Assembly (NCBI GenBank): GCA_002328745.1
Contig: DCVQ01000027.1
Location: forward strand, 3,753-67,752
Origin: Actinobacteria bacterium UBA2184
GTDB lineage: Bacteria; Actinomycetota; Coriobacteriia; Anaerosomatales; Anaerosomataceae
DNA: 64,000 nt
Reading direction: 5' to 3'
The notes under the pieces are model-generated. The model was not told where the DNA came from, ran no database searches, and saw only the letters and a list, made by a program, of their open reading frames with translations. The position numbers were made by a program, and so were the translations under genes. Positions within the stretch are counted from its first letter, which is position 1. Every line of letters begins with the position of its first letter. Of this stretch, positions 40,429 through 48,214 are shown one piece after another.

Positions 40429-41079
40429 CTACTCGACGATGATCCCGATCTCCCAGCGGTCGGCGGAGTCCACGATCGCGTACTGACCCGCGGTCGGTAC
40501 AGCGAGCGTGAGGGTCCCGCCTGCCGAGATGTCCTGCTCCATCTCTTGCCCGGTCTCGAGGGTCACCAGGGTGACGATCGTGCGGGTGCCCTTGCCCGGA
40601 CCGAAGACGAGGTCGAGCGGGATGCCCTCGGCCGCCAGGATGAACGTCGGCTCGAGGCTCACGCCCGAGTCGCTGATCTCCACCGACTGCCGGTCGCCGG
40701 CAGAAGACAGCGTGGCCCGCGTGGCGTACGAGTCGTCCCACAGCAGGTAGCCGTAGAAGACGAGATCGCGCCGTATGGAGGCCTCGGATGCCAGCGCCGA
40801 GTCGTAGCGGATCTCGAGCGTCAGGTCATCGGTGTCGAAGGTCGCCTCGACCGTGCCGGGGATGGCGCCAAGGGTCTCGAAGATGTGGTCCGCCTCGTGT
40901 GCGGCGTCATCACCCTCGAGCAGGACGATGGTCACGGACATCTCCGAGTCGGACTCGCCGGTCGCCAGGACACGCGTGATCTTCGAGGGGTCCTGCAGCA
41001 GCGACTGCGAGACGACCCAGGCGACGACGACGACGAGCACGGCGATGATGATGAGGAGATGTTTGGGCTGGAGCTTCAT
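40429..41079 (-). CDS. membrane-anchored protein with HMA-like and cupredoxin-like folds but no metal ligands
   Basis: 216 aa from ATG 41079. N-terminal TM segment, a ferredoxin-like block (MSVTIVLLEG...IPGTVEATFDTDDLTLEIRY) and a beta-sandwich-like block (EPTFILAAEGIPLDLVF...GQYAIV). No CxxC or His/Cys ligand set. Confidence 0.5.
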   Translation of the reverse strand: MKLQPKHLLIIIAVLVVVVAWVVSQSLLQDPSKITRVLATGESDSEMSVTIVLLEGDDAAHEADHIFETLGAIPGTVEATFDTDDLTLEIRYDSALASEASIRRDLVFYGYLLWDDSYATRATLSSAGDRQSVEISDSGVSLEPTFILAAEGIPLDLVFGPGKGTRTIVTLVTLETGQEMEQDISAGGTLTLAVPTAGQYAIVDSADRWEIGIIVE

Positions 41080-41218
41080 GTAGTCCCCGATCGTGATGAT
41101 GTGGTTCCGGTAGGCAACAGTGTGCCACAGGTGGCACGGTGATGCCTGCGGGAATCGTTGTAGCCCGGCCTGAACGACCGTAGTATGAGCGTACGGACAT
41201 CCGAAGGAGGGGATCGCG

Positions 41219-41920
41219 ATGGGCACGGCAGCATGGTGCGGCGTCTGTCAGCAGTTCGTGTGGGTCGATCCGTCGGGAGCCTGCGTCAACGGGCACCCCG
41301 GGACTGCGCTTTCAGGTCATTACGACACCGACACCGGCCAGCCGATCGTGCCGCCGGTAGCGGTGGCTCCCGCTCCTGCGCCGGTGGCCTCGGCGGAGCC
41401 CGTCGCCACACCCGCACCGCAGGTGGCGGCACAGCCCGCAGCACAGGTGGCGGCACAGCCCGCAGCACAGCCTGCGGCCACACCCGGCACGCGCCTCGGC
41501 CTGCTCGCCGACGTCCTCGAGACCTTCGCGCAGTACCCGGACTACACCGTCGGGTACGGCACTGACACCGACGTCCTCATCCACAACGAGATCGCACGCG
41601 CGAACTGGGGCATCGGCAAGAAGAAGGTCGAGTATCGGGCGATGATGAAGGCCGTCGAGGCCGAGCGCGTCCTCTACTTCTGGGAGATGCTCAAGGAAGA
41701 GGGCGCCGGTTTGAGCTTCGGGGGCGTGGAGACCGAGAACACGACGACCTTCGGCGGGAAGCGCTGGGGCGTCACCAAGGAGAAGATCATCGCTCCGGGC
41801 GGCACGGTCGTCGACTACACCTGGGACTACGCGCAGACACGGCGCATCGTAGAGGCGATCGCCGCCAAGCACGGCTTCGCGGTCAAAGTGGTGCTGCGCA
41901 AGAAGAACGTCACGTACTGA
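41219..41920 (+). CDS. hypothetical protein: N-terminal Cys4/His zinc-ribbon-like motif, Pro/Ala repeat linker, conserved C-terminal domain
   Basis: 233 aa. GGAGGGGA SD. WCGVCQQFVWVDPSGACVNGH, then the linker APQVAAQPAAQVAAQPAAQPAA. The C-terminal domain is not recognised. Confidence 0.6.
   Translation: MGTAAWCGVCQQFVWVDPSGACVNGHPGTALSGHYDTDTGQPIVPPVAVAPAPAPVASAEPVATPAPQVAAQPAAQVAAQPAAQPAATPGTRLGLLADVLETFAQYPDYTVGYGTDTDVLIHNEIARANWGIGKKKVEYRAMMKAVEAERVLYFWEMLKEEGAGLSFGGVETENTTTFGGKRWGVTKEKIIAPGGTVVDYTWDYAQTRRIVEAIAAKHGFAVKVVLRKKNVTY
41420..41467 (+). repeat. exact 24-nt tandem duplication (caggtggcggcacagcccgcagca x2) inside a CDS
   Basis: Read directly. Encodes QVAAQPAA twice. Confidence 0.85.
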
Positions 41921-41962
41921 CGGCGTCTCGTCGGGCGAAGTGGCGGCGGGGAGGCGAGTGCG

Positions 41963-42871
41963 GTGCCGGGGCTTCGGCGCACGGGGTCTCGCATCGGGGC
42001 CATCGCGTGCATGGCGTGCCTGTTGGCGATGCAGGTGGCCTGCGCCGCCGACGGTTCCGGCCGGCAACCCGCCGGCTCGCTCGAGCCGACCTCGTCGGTC
42101 TCCGCCACGGACGTTCCCGGCTCCGTGCCGGTGCCCGGGGGGACACCGCTGGAACCGACCCCCGAGACTCCCGCCACCCCTGAGCCCGCCGACAACACCC
42201 TCCGCAGCTGGTACTACACCCCGAACGCGGGCCACCGCGTGCCGGTCGTGCCTGCCGATGCGGCGGCGCTTCTCGGCGCGCACGGCGGCCGCTACGTGGG
42301 TCCCGACCCTTCAAAGGTGTACCTGACGTTCGACCGGGGTTACGAGAACGGCAACACGCCCGAGATACTCGACGCTCTTGCACGCAACGGCGTGCACGCC
42401 ACATTCTTCGTCACCGCGTCGTACATCAGGGCCAATCCGGCGCTGGTGCGGCGGATGGCCGACGAAGGACACGTCATCGGCAATCACACGAGCACGCACC
42501 CGTCGCTGCCGTCCGTCGCCCGGGACGCCGCGGCGTTCGCCGAGGAGCTGGCCGCAACGGAGCGGGCCTTCGCCGAGACGACCGGCCGGTCGCTCGATCC
42601 GGTCATGCGCCCGCCGATGGGCGAGTACAGCGCGCTCTCGCTGTGGAGAACGCAGCAGCTTGGCTACACGAGCGTGTTCTGGGGGTTCGCGCACCGCGAC
42701 TGGCTCACAGACGATCAGCCGCCGGTGGACGTGACGATCGACCGGATCCTCTCGGGCAGCCACCCCGGCGCCATCTACCTGCTTCACGGCGTATCGACGA
42801 GCGACACGCAGGCGCTCGACGAGGCGATCGCCGGACTCCGCGCGCAAGGGTACGGCTTCGGGACGCTGTGA
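41963..42871 (+). CDS. polysaccharide deacetylase (PdaA-like NodB domain), probable lipoprotein
   Basis: 302 aa. Lipobox-like LLAMQVAC. NodB motifs YLTFDRGYENG, ATFFV, VIGNHTSTHP, RPPMGEY, YLLHG. Confidence 0.82.
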   Translation: MPGLRRTGSRIGAIACMACLLAMQVACAADGSGRQPAGSLEPTSSVSATDVPGSVPVPGGTPLEPTPETPATPEPADNTLRSWYYTPNAGHRVPVVPADAAALLGAHGGRYVGPDPSKVYLTFDRGYENGNTPEILDALARNGVHATFFVTASYIRANPALVRRMADEGHVIGNHTSTHPSLPSVARDAAAFAEELAATERAFAETTGRSLDPVMRPPMGEYSALSLWRTQQLGYTSVFWGFAHRDWLTDDQPPVDVTIDRILSGSHPGAIYLLHGVSTSDTQALDEAIAGLRAQGYGFGTL

Positions 42872-43155
42872 GGATGCACGTCCGTGCGGCGGCCGACCGC
42901 TTCGTCCGTACGATCACTCAGACTCTGTGACGGCGCGATTCCTTCGCACGGGTGTCGCGCGCGTGTCCGCTCGGCTCCGGAGAGCGGCCGCTTGTCGGAA
43001 GGGGCGGGCGAGCGCCCCCGGCACCGGGCCCGGCCCGGGCGCGTCGGGGTATGGACTTCCTAGCGTTCGTGATGCCGTGGACGGACCGGCGCGGCCGCAG
43101 AGCATCTGACGTAGTGGACGGACCGCGAGCGGTCCCTGATCGCAAGGAGGCGCGC

Positions 43156-43740
43156 ATGAGCGTCATGGTCGGGCACGAGGCCCCGGACTTCGAGGCCCCC
43201 GGGCTCCAGAACGGCAAGTTCGGCAAGTTCAAGCTGTCGGACTACAAGGGCAAGTGGGTCGTCATCTGCTTCTACCCGGGCGACTTCACCTTCGTTTGAC
43301 CGACCGAGCTCTCGGCGGTCGCCAGGAGGTACCCGGAGCTTCAGGGTCTCGGTGTCGAGGTCCTGTCCTTCAGCGTCGACAGCGTTCACTCCCATAAGGT
43401 GTGGCAGGAGACCGAGCTCTCCAAGATGGTGGACGGCGGCGTGCCGTTCCCGATGCTCTCCGATGCGGGCGGGAAGATCGGCGAGCTCTACGGCGTGTAC
43501 AACGGCGCCGTGGACGTGCGCGGGCGCTTCCTCATCGACCCGAGCGGCGTCATCCAGGCCATGGAGGTGCTCACGCCTCCGGTCGGCCGCAACCCCGATG
43601 AGCTGATCCGCCAGATCAAGGCGTACCAGCACCAGCAGGCAACCGGCGAGGTCATGCCATCCGGCTGGCAGCCGGGCGATCCGACGCTCAAGCCCACCGA
43701 CGATCTCACCGGGCACGTGTGGGAGGTCTGGAAACCGTAG
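43156..43740 (+). CDS. peroxiredoxin (AhpC/Prx1-type) with in-frame TGA at the peroxidatic-Cys codon, read here as selenocysteine
   Basis: ATG 43156 with [21 protein letters not shown](43297-43299)-PTELS. Both halves are in the same frame and conserved (track ORFs 42952..43299 and 43399..43740). 194 codons. Confidence 0.7.
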
Positions 43741-43786
43741 GTTCCCTTGCTGGCCGCACGAGGCTCCCGTGGCGGAAGGAGACACG

Positions 43787-43966
43787 ATGGATGTGGTCAA
43801 GGAGGTGCTCGACGCGATGAAGGCGGCGGGCGAGCCGGTGGGCGCGGGCAGGATCGCCGAGATGACGGGCCTGGACCGCAAGGACGTGGACAAGGCGTTC
43901 GACGCGCTCAAGAAGTCCGGCACGATCGAGTCGCCGGTGCGCTGCAAGTGGCAGCCGAAGGTCTAG
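43787..43966 (+). CDS. 59-aa winged-helix-like small protein
   Basis: MDVVKEVLDAMKAAGEPVGAGRIAEMTGLDRKDVDKAFDALKKSGTIESPVRCKWQPK. GGAAGGAG SD 5 nt before ATG 43787. Confidence 0.6.
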   Translation: MDVVKEVLDAMKAAGEPVGAGRIAEMTGLDRKDVDKAFDALKKSGTIESPVRCKWQPKV

Positions 43967-44034
43967 CGCCGCAGGAGCGAGAGCCGTCCCGCGTGCGGGA
44001 CGTCACGGGCGGCCGTCCCTACCGGGGCGGCCGC

Positions 44035-44529
44035 TCAGTCTATGGAGGGCGGGAGCGGCCGCTCGTCGGCGAACCACTCGGCCTCGAAATCGCCCTCGGC
44101 GATCGTACCGATCGGCAGACGGAGGTAGCGGCCTTTGGCCTCGACGGCCACGCTGCCGTCGTCGAGCAGTATCTCGCCGCTGCCCTCGAAGATGCGTCCC
44201 GAGTCCTTCGTGATGCGTCCATGTGCGACGATCTCGCCATCGAGCGGCACCGGCTTGCGGTAGCGCACCGTGAGCTCGATGGTGACCCCCCAGGCGTCGG
44301 TGTCGGAGGTGTTGATGGCCCGGCCGATGGTCTCGTCGAGGATGGTCGACGCGATGCCGCCGTGCAGACGGCCCGGGTAGCCCTGGTGCTGTTCGCGTGG
44401 CGTGAAGACGCCGACGAGCTCCCCGTCCTCCAGTTCGAAGAACCGGGCGTGCAGCCCGGCATCGTTCTCCACGCCGCAGACCATGCACATGCGGCTGACG
44501 TTCTGTGCCGAGCGGATCGCGCGCGTCAC
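44035..44529 (-). CDS. PaaI/hotdog-fold thioesterase
   Basis: 164 aa. CMVCG N-terminal motif, GRLHGGIASTILDETIG, hotdog core. GTG start with AAAGGAAAG SD. Confidence 0.8.
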   Translation of the reverse strand: MTRAIRSAQNVSRMCMVCGVENDAGLHARFFELEDGELVGVFTPREQHQGYPGRLHGGIASTILDETIGRAINTSDTDAWGVTIELTVRYRKPVPLDGEIVAHGRITKDSGRIFEGSGEILLDDGSVAVEAKGRYLRLPIGTIAEGDFEAEWFADERPLPPSID

Positions 44530-44642
44530 GGCTTTCCTTTCGTCCGGAGTGCGACCATTGTACGCCGAGGGGGACCGCAGGGCGGGAGCCGCGGCCCTCG
44601 CTCGGGGACAATCCGGGTGACACGCGTTCGAGAGGGGGCCGG

Positions 44643-45113
44643 GTGGGCCACGAGGAACACATGCGGCGCGCGATCGCGCTCAGCCGGGAGAAGATGCGCG
44701 ACGATGAGGGCGGGCCGTTCGGCGCCGTGATCGTGCGCGACGGTGTGATCATCGCCGAGGGCTGGAACCAGGTGACGGGGCACAACGACCCCACGGCGCA
44801 CGGCGAGATCGTCGCGATCCGCGAAGCGTGCCGCGCGCTCGGCACCTTCTCGCTCGAGGGCTGCACCATCTACACCAGTTGCGAGCCGTGCCCGATGTGT
44901 CTCGCCGCCATCTACTGGTCGCGCATCGATCGCGTGTTCTACGCCAACACCGCCGCCGACGCCGCGACGATCGGCTTCGACGACGAGCGGCTCTACCGTG
45001 AGCTGGCGCTGCCGCCCGACGCGCGCAGCCTGCCGTCCGAGCGGCTGCTGGCTGCCGAGGCGCGGGCGGTGTTCGACGAGTGGCTTGCCGACCCCGACCG
45101 GGTGCCGTACTGA
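44643..45113 (+). CDS. CDA-fold nucleoside/guanine deaminase
   Basis: 156 aa. GPFGAVIV, HGEIVAIREA (HAE-type), TSCEPCPMCLAAIYWS (PCxxC). Confidence 0.85.
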   Translation: MGHEEHMRRAIALSREKMRDDEGGPFGAVIVRDGVIIAEGWNQVTGHNDPTAHGEIVAIREACRALGTFSLEGCTIYTSCEPCPMCLAAIYWSRIDRVFYANTAADAATIGFDDERLYRELALPPDARSLPSERLLAAEARAVFDEWLADPDRVPY

Positions 45114-45955
45114 TGGCCATCCCCGACGGCCTGCTGGTCTGTCCGCAGTGTCGCGCCCCGCTCGTCGCCGCCGGCGCCACGATGCGCTGCGCAGCGGGCC
45201 ACGCGTTCGATATCGCACGGCAGGGCTACGTGAACCTGCTGCCGGGCGACGCCCGTCCGGGCACCGCGGACACGCCGGCGATGGTGGCCGCGCGCGCGGC
45301 GTTCCTGTCGTCGGGGCACTTCGGTCCGATCGCGGACGCGGTTGCCGACGCGGTTGCCGCATCGCTCGGCGAGACGCCCGGCTGCATCGCTGATGTCGGA
45401 GCGGGGACCGGCTACTACCTCGCCACGGTCCTCGAGCGGGCGAGCGACCGCACGGGCGTGGCGGTCGACATCTCGAAGCATGCCGCCAGGCGCGCCGCGG
45501 CGGCGCACCCGCGGATCGCTGCGGTCGTCTGCGACGCGTGGGCCTCGCTGCCGCTTCCCGACGCCGCCGCAGCGGTGGTGATGGACATCTTCGCGCCGCG
45601 CAACACGTCCGAGTTCGCGCGGGTGCTGCACCCGGACGGAGCGCTGGTGGTGGTGACTCCGACGGCCGACCACCTGCGCGAGCTCGTGCAAGCGCTCGAC
45701 CTCGTGACGGTCGATCCCGAGAAGGAGGACCGCCTCGAGCGTTCGCTCGGCACGGCCTTCGTACGAACGGGAACCGATTCGGTGGAGGCTCCGCTTGTGC
45801 TTGCCCCGGCCGATATCGCGACAGTGGTCGCGATGGGGCCGAGCGCCCGTCACGTGTCGCCCGACGCCCTCGCTCGTGGCGTCGCGGACCTCGGGGACTG
45901 GATCGAGACCCGGATCGCGGTACGCGTGCGCGTGTGGCGCCGCCGGAACCGATGA
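45113..45955 (+). CDS. RlmA/RrmA-like 23S rRNA (guanine-N1) methyltransferase
   Basis: 280 aa. Zn-ribbon CPQCRAPL...CAAGHAFDIARQGYVNLLP collinear with E. coli RrmA. SAM motif DVGAGTGYY. TGATG overlap with the upstream stop. Confidence 0.8.
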   Translation: MAIPDGLLVCPQCRAPLVAAGATMRCAAGHAFDIARQGYVNLLPGDARPGTADTPAMVAARAAFLSSGHFGPIADAVADAVAASLGETPGCIADVGAGTGYYLATVLERASDRTGVAVDISKHAARRAAAAHPRIAAVVCDAWASLPLPDAAAAVVMDIFAPRNTSEFARVLHPDGALVVVTPTADHLRELVQALDLVTVDPEKEDRLERSLGTAFVRTGTDSVEAPLVLAPADIATVVAMGPSARHVSPDALARGVADLGDWIETRIAVRVRVWRRRNR

Positions 45956-46092
45956 GCGTCGCGGTCTCCACGCGGCACGCTTTCTGCAACGCGTGCAGGG
46001 TGCCCTGCAGACATGCCGTTCGTTCGCCGGATGGTGTCTTGGTCACACAGACGCGATGACGCGACCGTTCGTCGGAAAGAACCGTCCCGGCG

Positions 46093-46121
46093 TTGGGTGA
46101 ACTATCGATTCTTGGTACTAT
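46093..46121 (+). promoter_or_regulatory. candidate sigma70-type promoter (TTGGGT-17 nt-TACTAT)
   Basis: Read directly, in a lower-GC spacer about 50 nt upstream of ATG 46174. Confidence 0.35.
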
Positions 46122-46173
46122 CCGTGCGTTGTCCAGGTGGACTTCCTGCATCCTTCCGGCAAAGGAGCACTCA

Positions 46174-46731
46174 ATGGCGGCATGTCCCCGTGGGGCCGAC
46201 TGTGTCTTTCACCAGACCATCGAGCCCAGTGTCATCAAACGTGTCCGGTACGCGAGCGCGTACGTCTACTGCCGCGGGGGGCGGCACGAGGAGTGCGCGA
46301 TCCATAGCTGCCTCGTACGGGGCGAGCAGGTGTCCCGCAACCTGATGCCCGATGGAGCGATAGGAGACTACATGGATGAGCAGGCCGGCGCAGCGAAGCG
46401 TCGCTTCCTCGTGATCGAAGACTCTCCCGTGTTCGCTGCCCTTGCGGCGAGCACGCTCGCGTCCCACTTCGCCGGCGCCGAGATCGTGCGCCACTCGTCG
46501 TTCACGGCCGCGGCTGAAGATCTTCGCAGCGGCGATCACACCGCCGTGGTCTGCGGCTTCGGCCTTGGCGATGGCAAGACCGCCCATCACGTGCGCGAGC
46601 TCACCAGCGCTCCGATCGTCGTGCTCACCGGTCGCCCGGGCGAGATCGATGCGCCGCGCCGCTCGCAGGTGGTAGCGAAGAGCGCCGGGCCTGAAGCTCT
46701 GGCCGCGGCGCTCCGCGCAGTGCTCGCCTAG
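46174..46731 (+). CDS. Cys/His-rich N-terminal domain fused to a receiver-like domain lacking the phospho-acceptor Asp
   Basis: 185 aa from ATG 46174 (AAGGAG SD). CPRGADCVFH...YCRGGRHEECAIHSC, then FLVIEDS...AVVCGFGLGDG...VVLTG...VAKSAGP. Confidence 0.65.
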   Translation: MAACPRGADCVFHQTIEPSVIKRVRYASAYVYCRGGRHEECAIHSCLVRGEQVSRNLMPDGAIGDYMDEQAGAAKRRFLVIEDSPVFAALAASTLASHFAGAEIVRHSSFTAAAEDLRSGDHTAVVCGFGLGDGKTAHHVRELTSAPIVVLTGRPGEIDAPRRSQVVAKSAGPEALAAALRAVLA

Positions 46732-46738
46732 GCGGTTC

Positions 46739-47953
46739 CTAGCGGCGGCGTCTGCCGCGGCCCCTGCTCGAGCTGTATACCGTCCGCGCAGGGCGCGATG
46801 CCGCGCGTTCCGGATTCGGCACGAGCCGGGCGTCCGAGTAGTCGAAGCCCTCTGCGTCGTGCGTGTGAAGCACGCTGCCGATCTTCACTTCGATCTCGCG
46901 AAGCAGCTCGTGCTCCTCGGGTGCCAGCAGCGACACCGCGGTGCCTGCCTTGCCGGCCCGCGCCGTGCGGCCGATGCGGTGGACGTAGTCCTCGGGCGTA
47001 TGCGGCAGGTCGTAGTTCACGACATGGCTCACGTCATCGATGTCGATGCCGCGTGCCACGACGTCGGTCGCCACGAGCACGCGGCATCGGCCGGCCTTGA
47101 GGTTGTCCAGCGCGCTCTGGCGCTGCGATTGCGAGCGATCACCGTGGATCGCCGCGCTCTTGATGCCGGCCTGATGCAGCACCTTGGCGACGCGATCGGC
47201 GCGGTGCTTGGTGCGGGTGAAGACTATGACCCGGTCGAGGCTCTGCTCGTTGATGAGGTGGACGAGCAGCTGGCCCTTCTGCTGGCCGCCGACCGGATAG
47301 ACGCGCTGGTCGATCAGTTCGATCGGCGTGGCCGCCGGTGCCACTTCGACCCGCACCGGGTCGTGAAGTGTCGAGGCCACGATGCGCATCACCTCGGACG
47401 ACATCGTAGCGGAGAAGAGCAGGTTCTGACGGGCTGCAGGTATCGTCGCGATGATCTTGCGGACCTGCGGCCAGAAGCCCATGTCCAGCATGCGGTCGGC
47501 TTCGTCGAGCACGAGCACCTCGACATTGGAGAGGTTGGCGACCTTGCGCTCCATCAGATCGAGCAGGCGGCCCGGTGTGGCCACCAGCACATCGACTCCG
47601 CGCTTGAGGGCCTTGATCTGCGGCTCGTAGCCCACGCCGCCGTACACCACGGCAACGCGGTGCTTGGTGGACTTGGCCACCTGTGCAGCGACCTCTTCGA
47701 TCTGTTGTGCGAGTTCGCGCGTAGGGGTGACGACCAGCGCACGCGGTCCTCCGGGAGCGGCGGCGATGCGCTGCATCAGGGGGAGGACGAACGCGGCCGT
47801 CTTGCCGGTGCCCGTCTGGGCGCAGCCCACGACGTCACGGCCCTCGAGGACCATAGGGATAGCGTCACGCTGGATGGGGGTCGGGCTGGAGTAGCCCATC
47901 GCGGCCACCGCCTCAAGCAGGCGGGGTGCAAGACCCAGATTGTCGAAACTCAA
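46739..47953 (-). CDS. DEAD-box ATP-dependent RNA helicase (RhlE-like)
   Basis: 404 aa. Q-motif PTPIQ, AQTGTGKT, DEAD, SAT, HGD, HRIGRTARAG. TTG start at 47953 with GGAAGGAG 7 nt upstream. Confidence 0.92.
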   Translation of the reverse strand: MSFDNLGLAPRLLEAVAAMGYSSPTPIQRDAIPMVLEGRDVVGCAQTGTGKTAAFVLPLMQRIAAAPGGPRALVVTPTRELAQQIEEVAAQVAKSTKHRVAVVYGGVGYEPQIKALKRGVDVLVATPGRLLDLMERKVANLSNVEVLVLDEADRMLDMGFWPQVRKIIATIPAARQNLLFSATMSSEVMRIVASTLHDPVRVEVAPAATPIELIDQRVYPVGGQQKGQLLVHLINEQSLDRVIVFTRTKHRADRVAKVLHQAGIKSAAIHGDRSQSQRQSALDNLKAGRCRVLVATDVVARGIDIDDVSHVVNYDLPHTPEDYVHRIGRTARAGKAGTAVSLLAPEEHELLREIEVKIGSVLHTHDAEGFDYSDARLVPNPERAASRPARTVYSSSRGRGRRRR

Positions 47954-48135
47954 GTGGAGTCTCCTTCCTCGTGCGCCATATCAGGTCGCACTGCGGGCAG
48001 ACGCAGCAGTCCCGACACATCACGAGGAGAGCGAAGGACAACCGAGTCTTGGGTGGGCGCCCTTGGTCAAGGGCGCTGTGCTCGGTGCAGTATACGCTAC
48101 CGGCCGATAGAACGCGAATCTCATACAAGCATGCG

Positions 48136-48164
48136 AAGGGGAGGGACCCTCGGGCCCTCCCCTT
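48136..48164 (-). terminator. hairpin AAGGGGAGGG-(a)CCCtcGGG-CCCTCCCCTT after the HAMP gene
   Basis: Read directly. It lies about 50-80 nt downstream of the TGA-TAA double stop at 48215. A second hairpin GGCCGACG-gggcgaag-CGTCGGCC is at 48175-48198. Confidence 0.5.
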
Positions 48165-48214
48165 GTTCGCACGCGGCCGACGGGGCGAAGCGTCGGCCCT
48201 CATCCGTACGGTTA

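Noticed and set aside
43297-43360. Asserting a definite bacterial SECIS element
   Set aside because: Only a short GC-rich stem with a 4-nt loop can be drawn by eye. The apical-loop features of characterised bSECIS elements cannot be verified without folding software, so it is reported only as a candidate inside the Prx finding.
42952-43740. Calling the split peroxiredoxin a frameshifted or nonsense pseudogene
   Set aside because: There is no frameshift. The single TGA coincides exactly with the catalytic Cys codon, and both halves are otherwise intact, so a Sec reading is favoured. It remains unproven without sel genes or SECIS evidence. The 42952 start is rejected in favour of ATG 43156, which has a strong SD and matches Prx N-termini.
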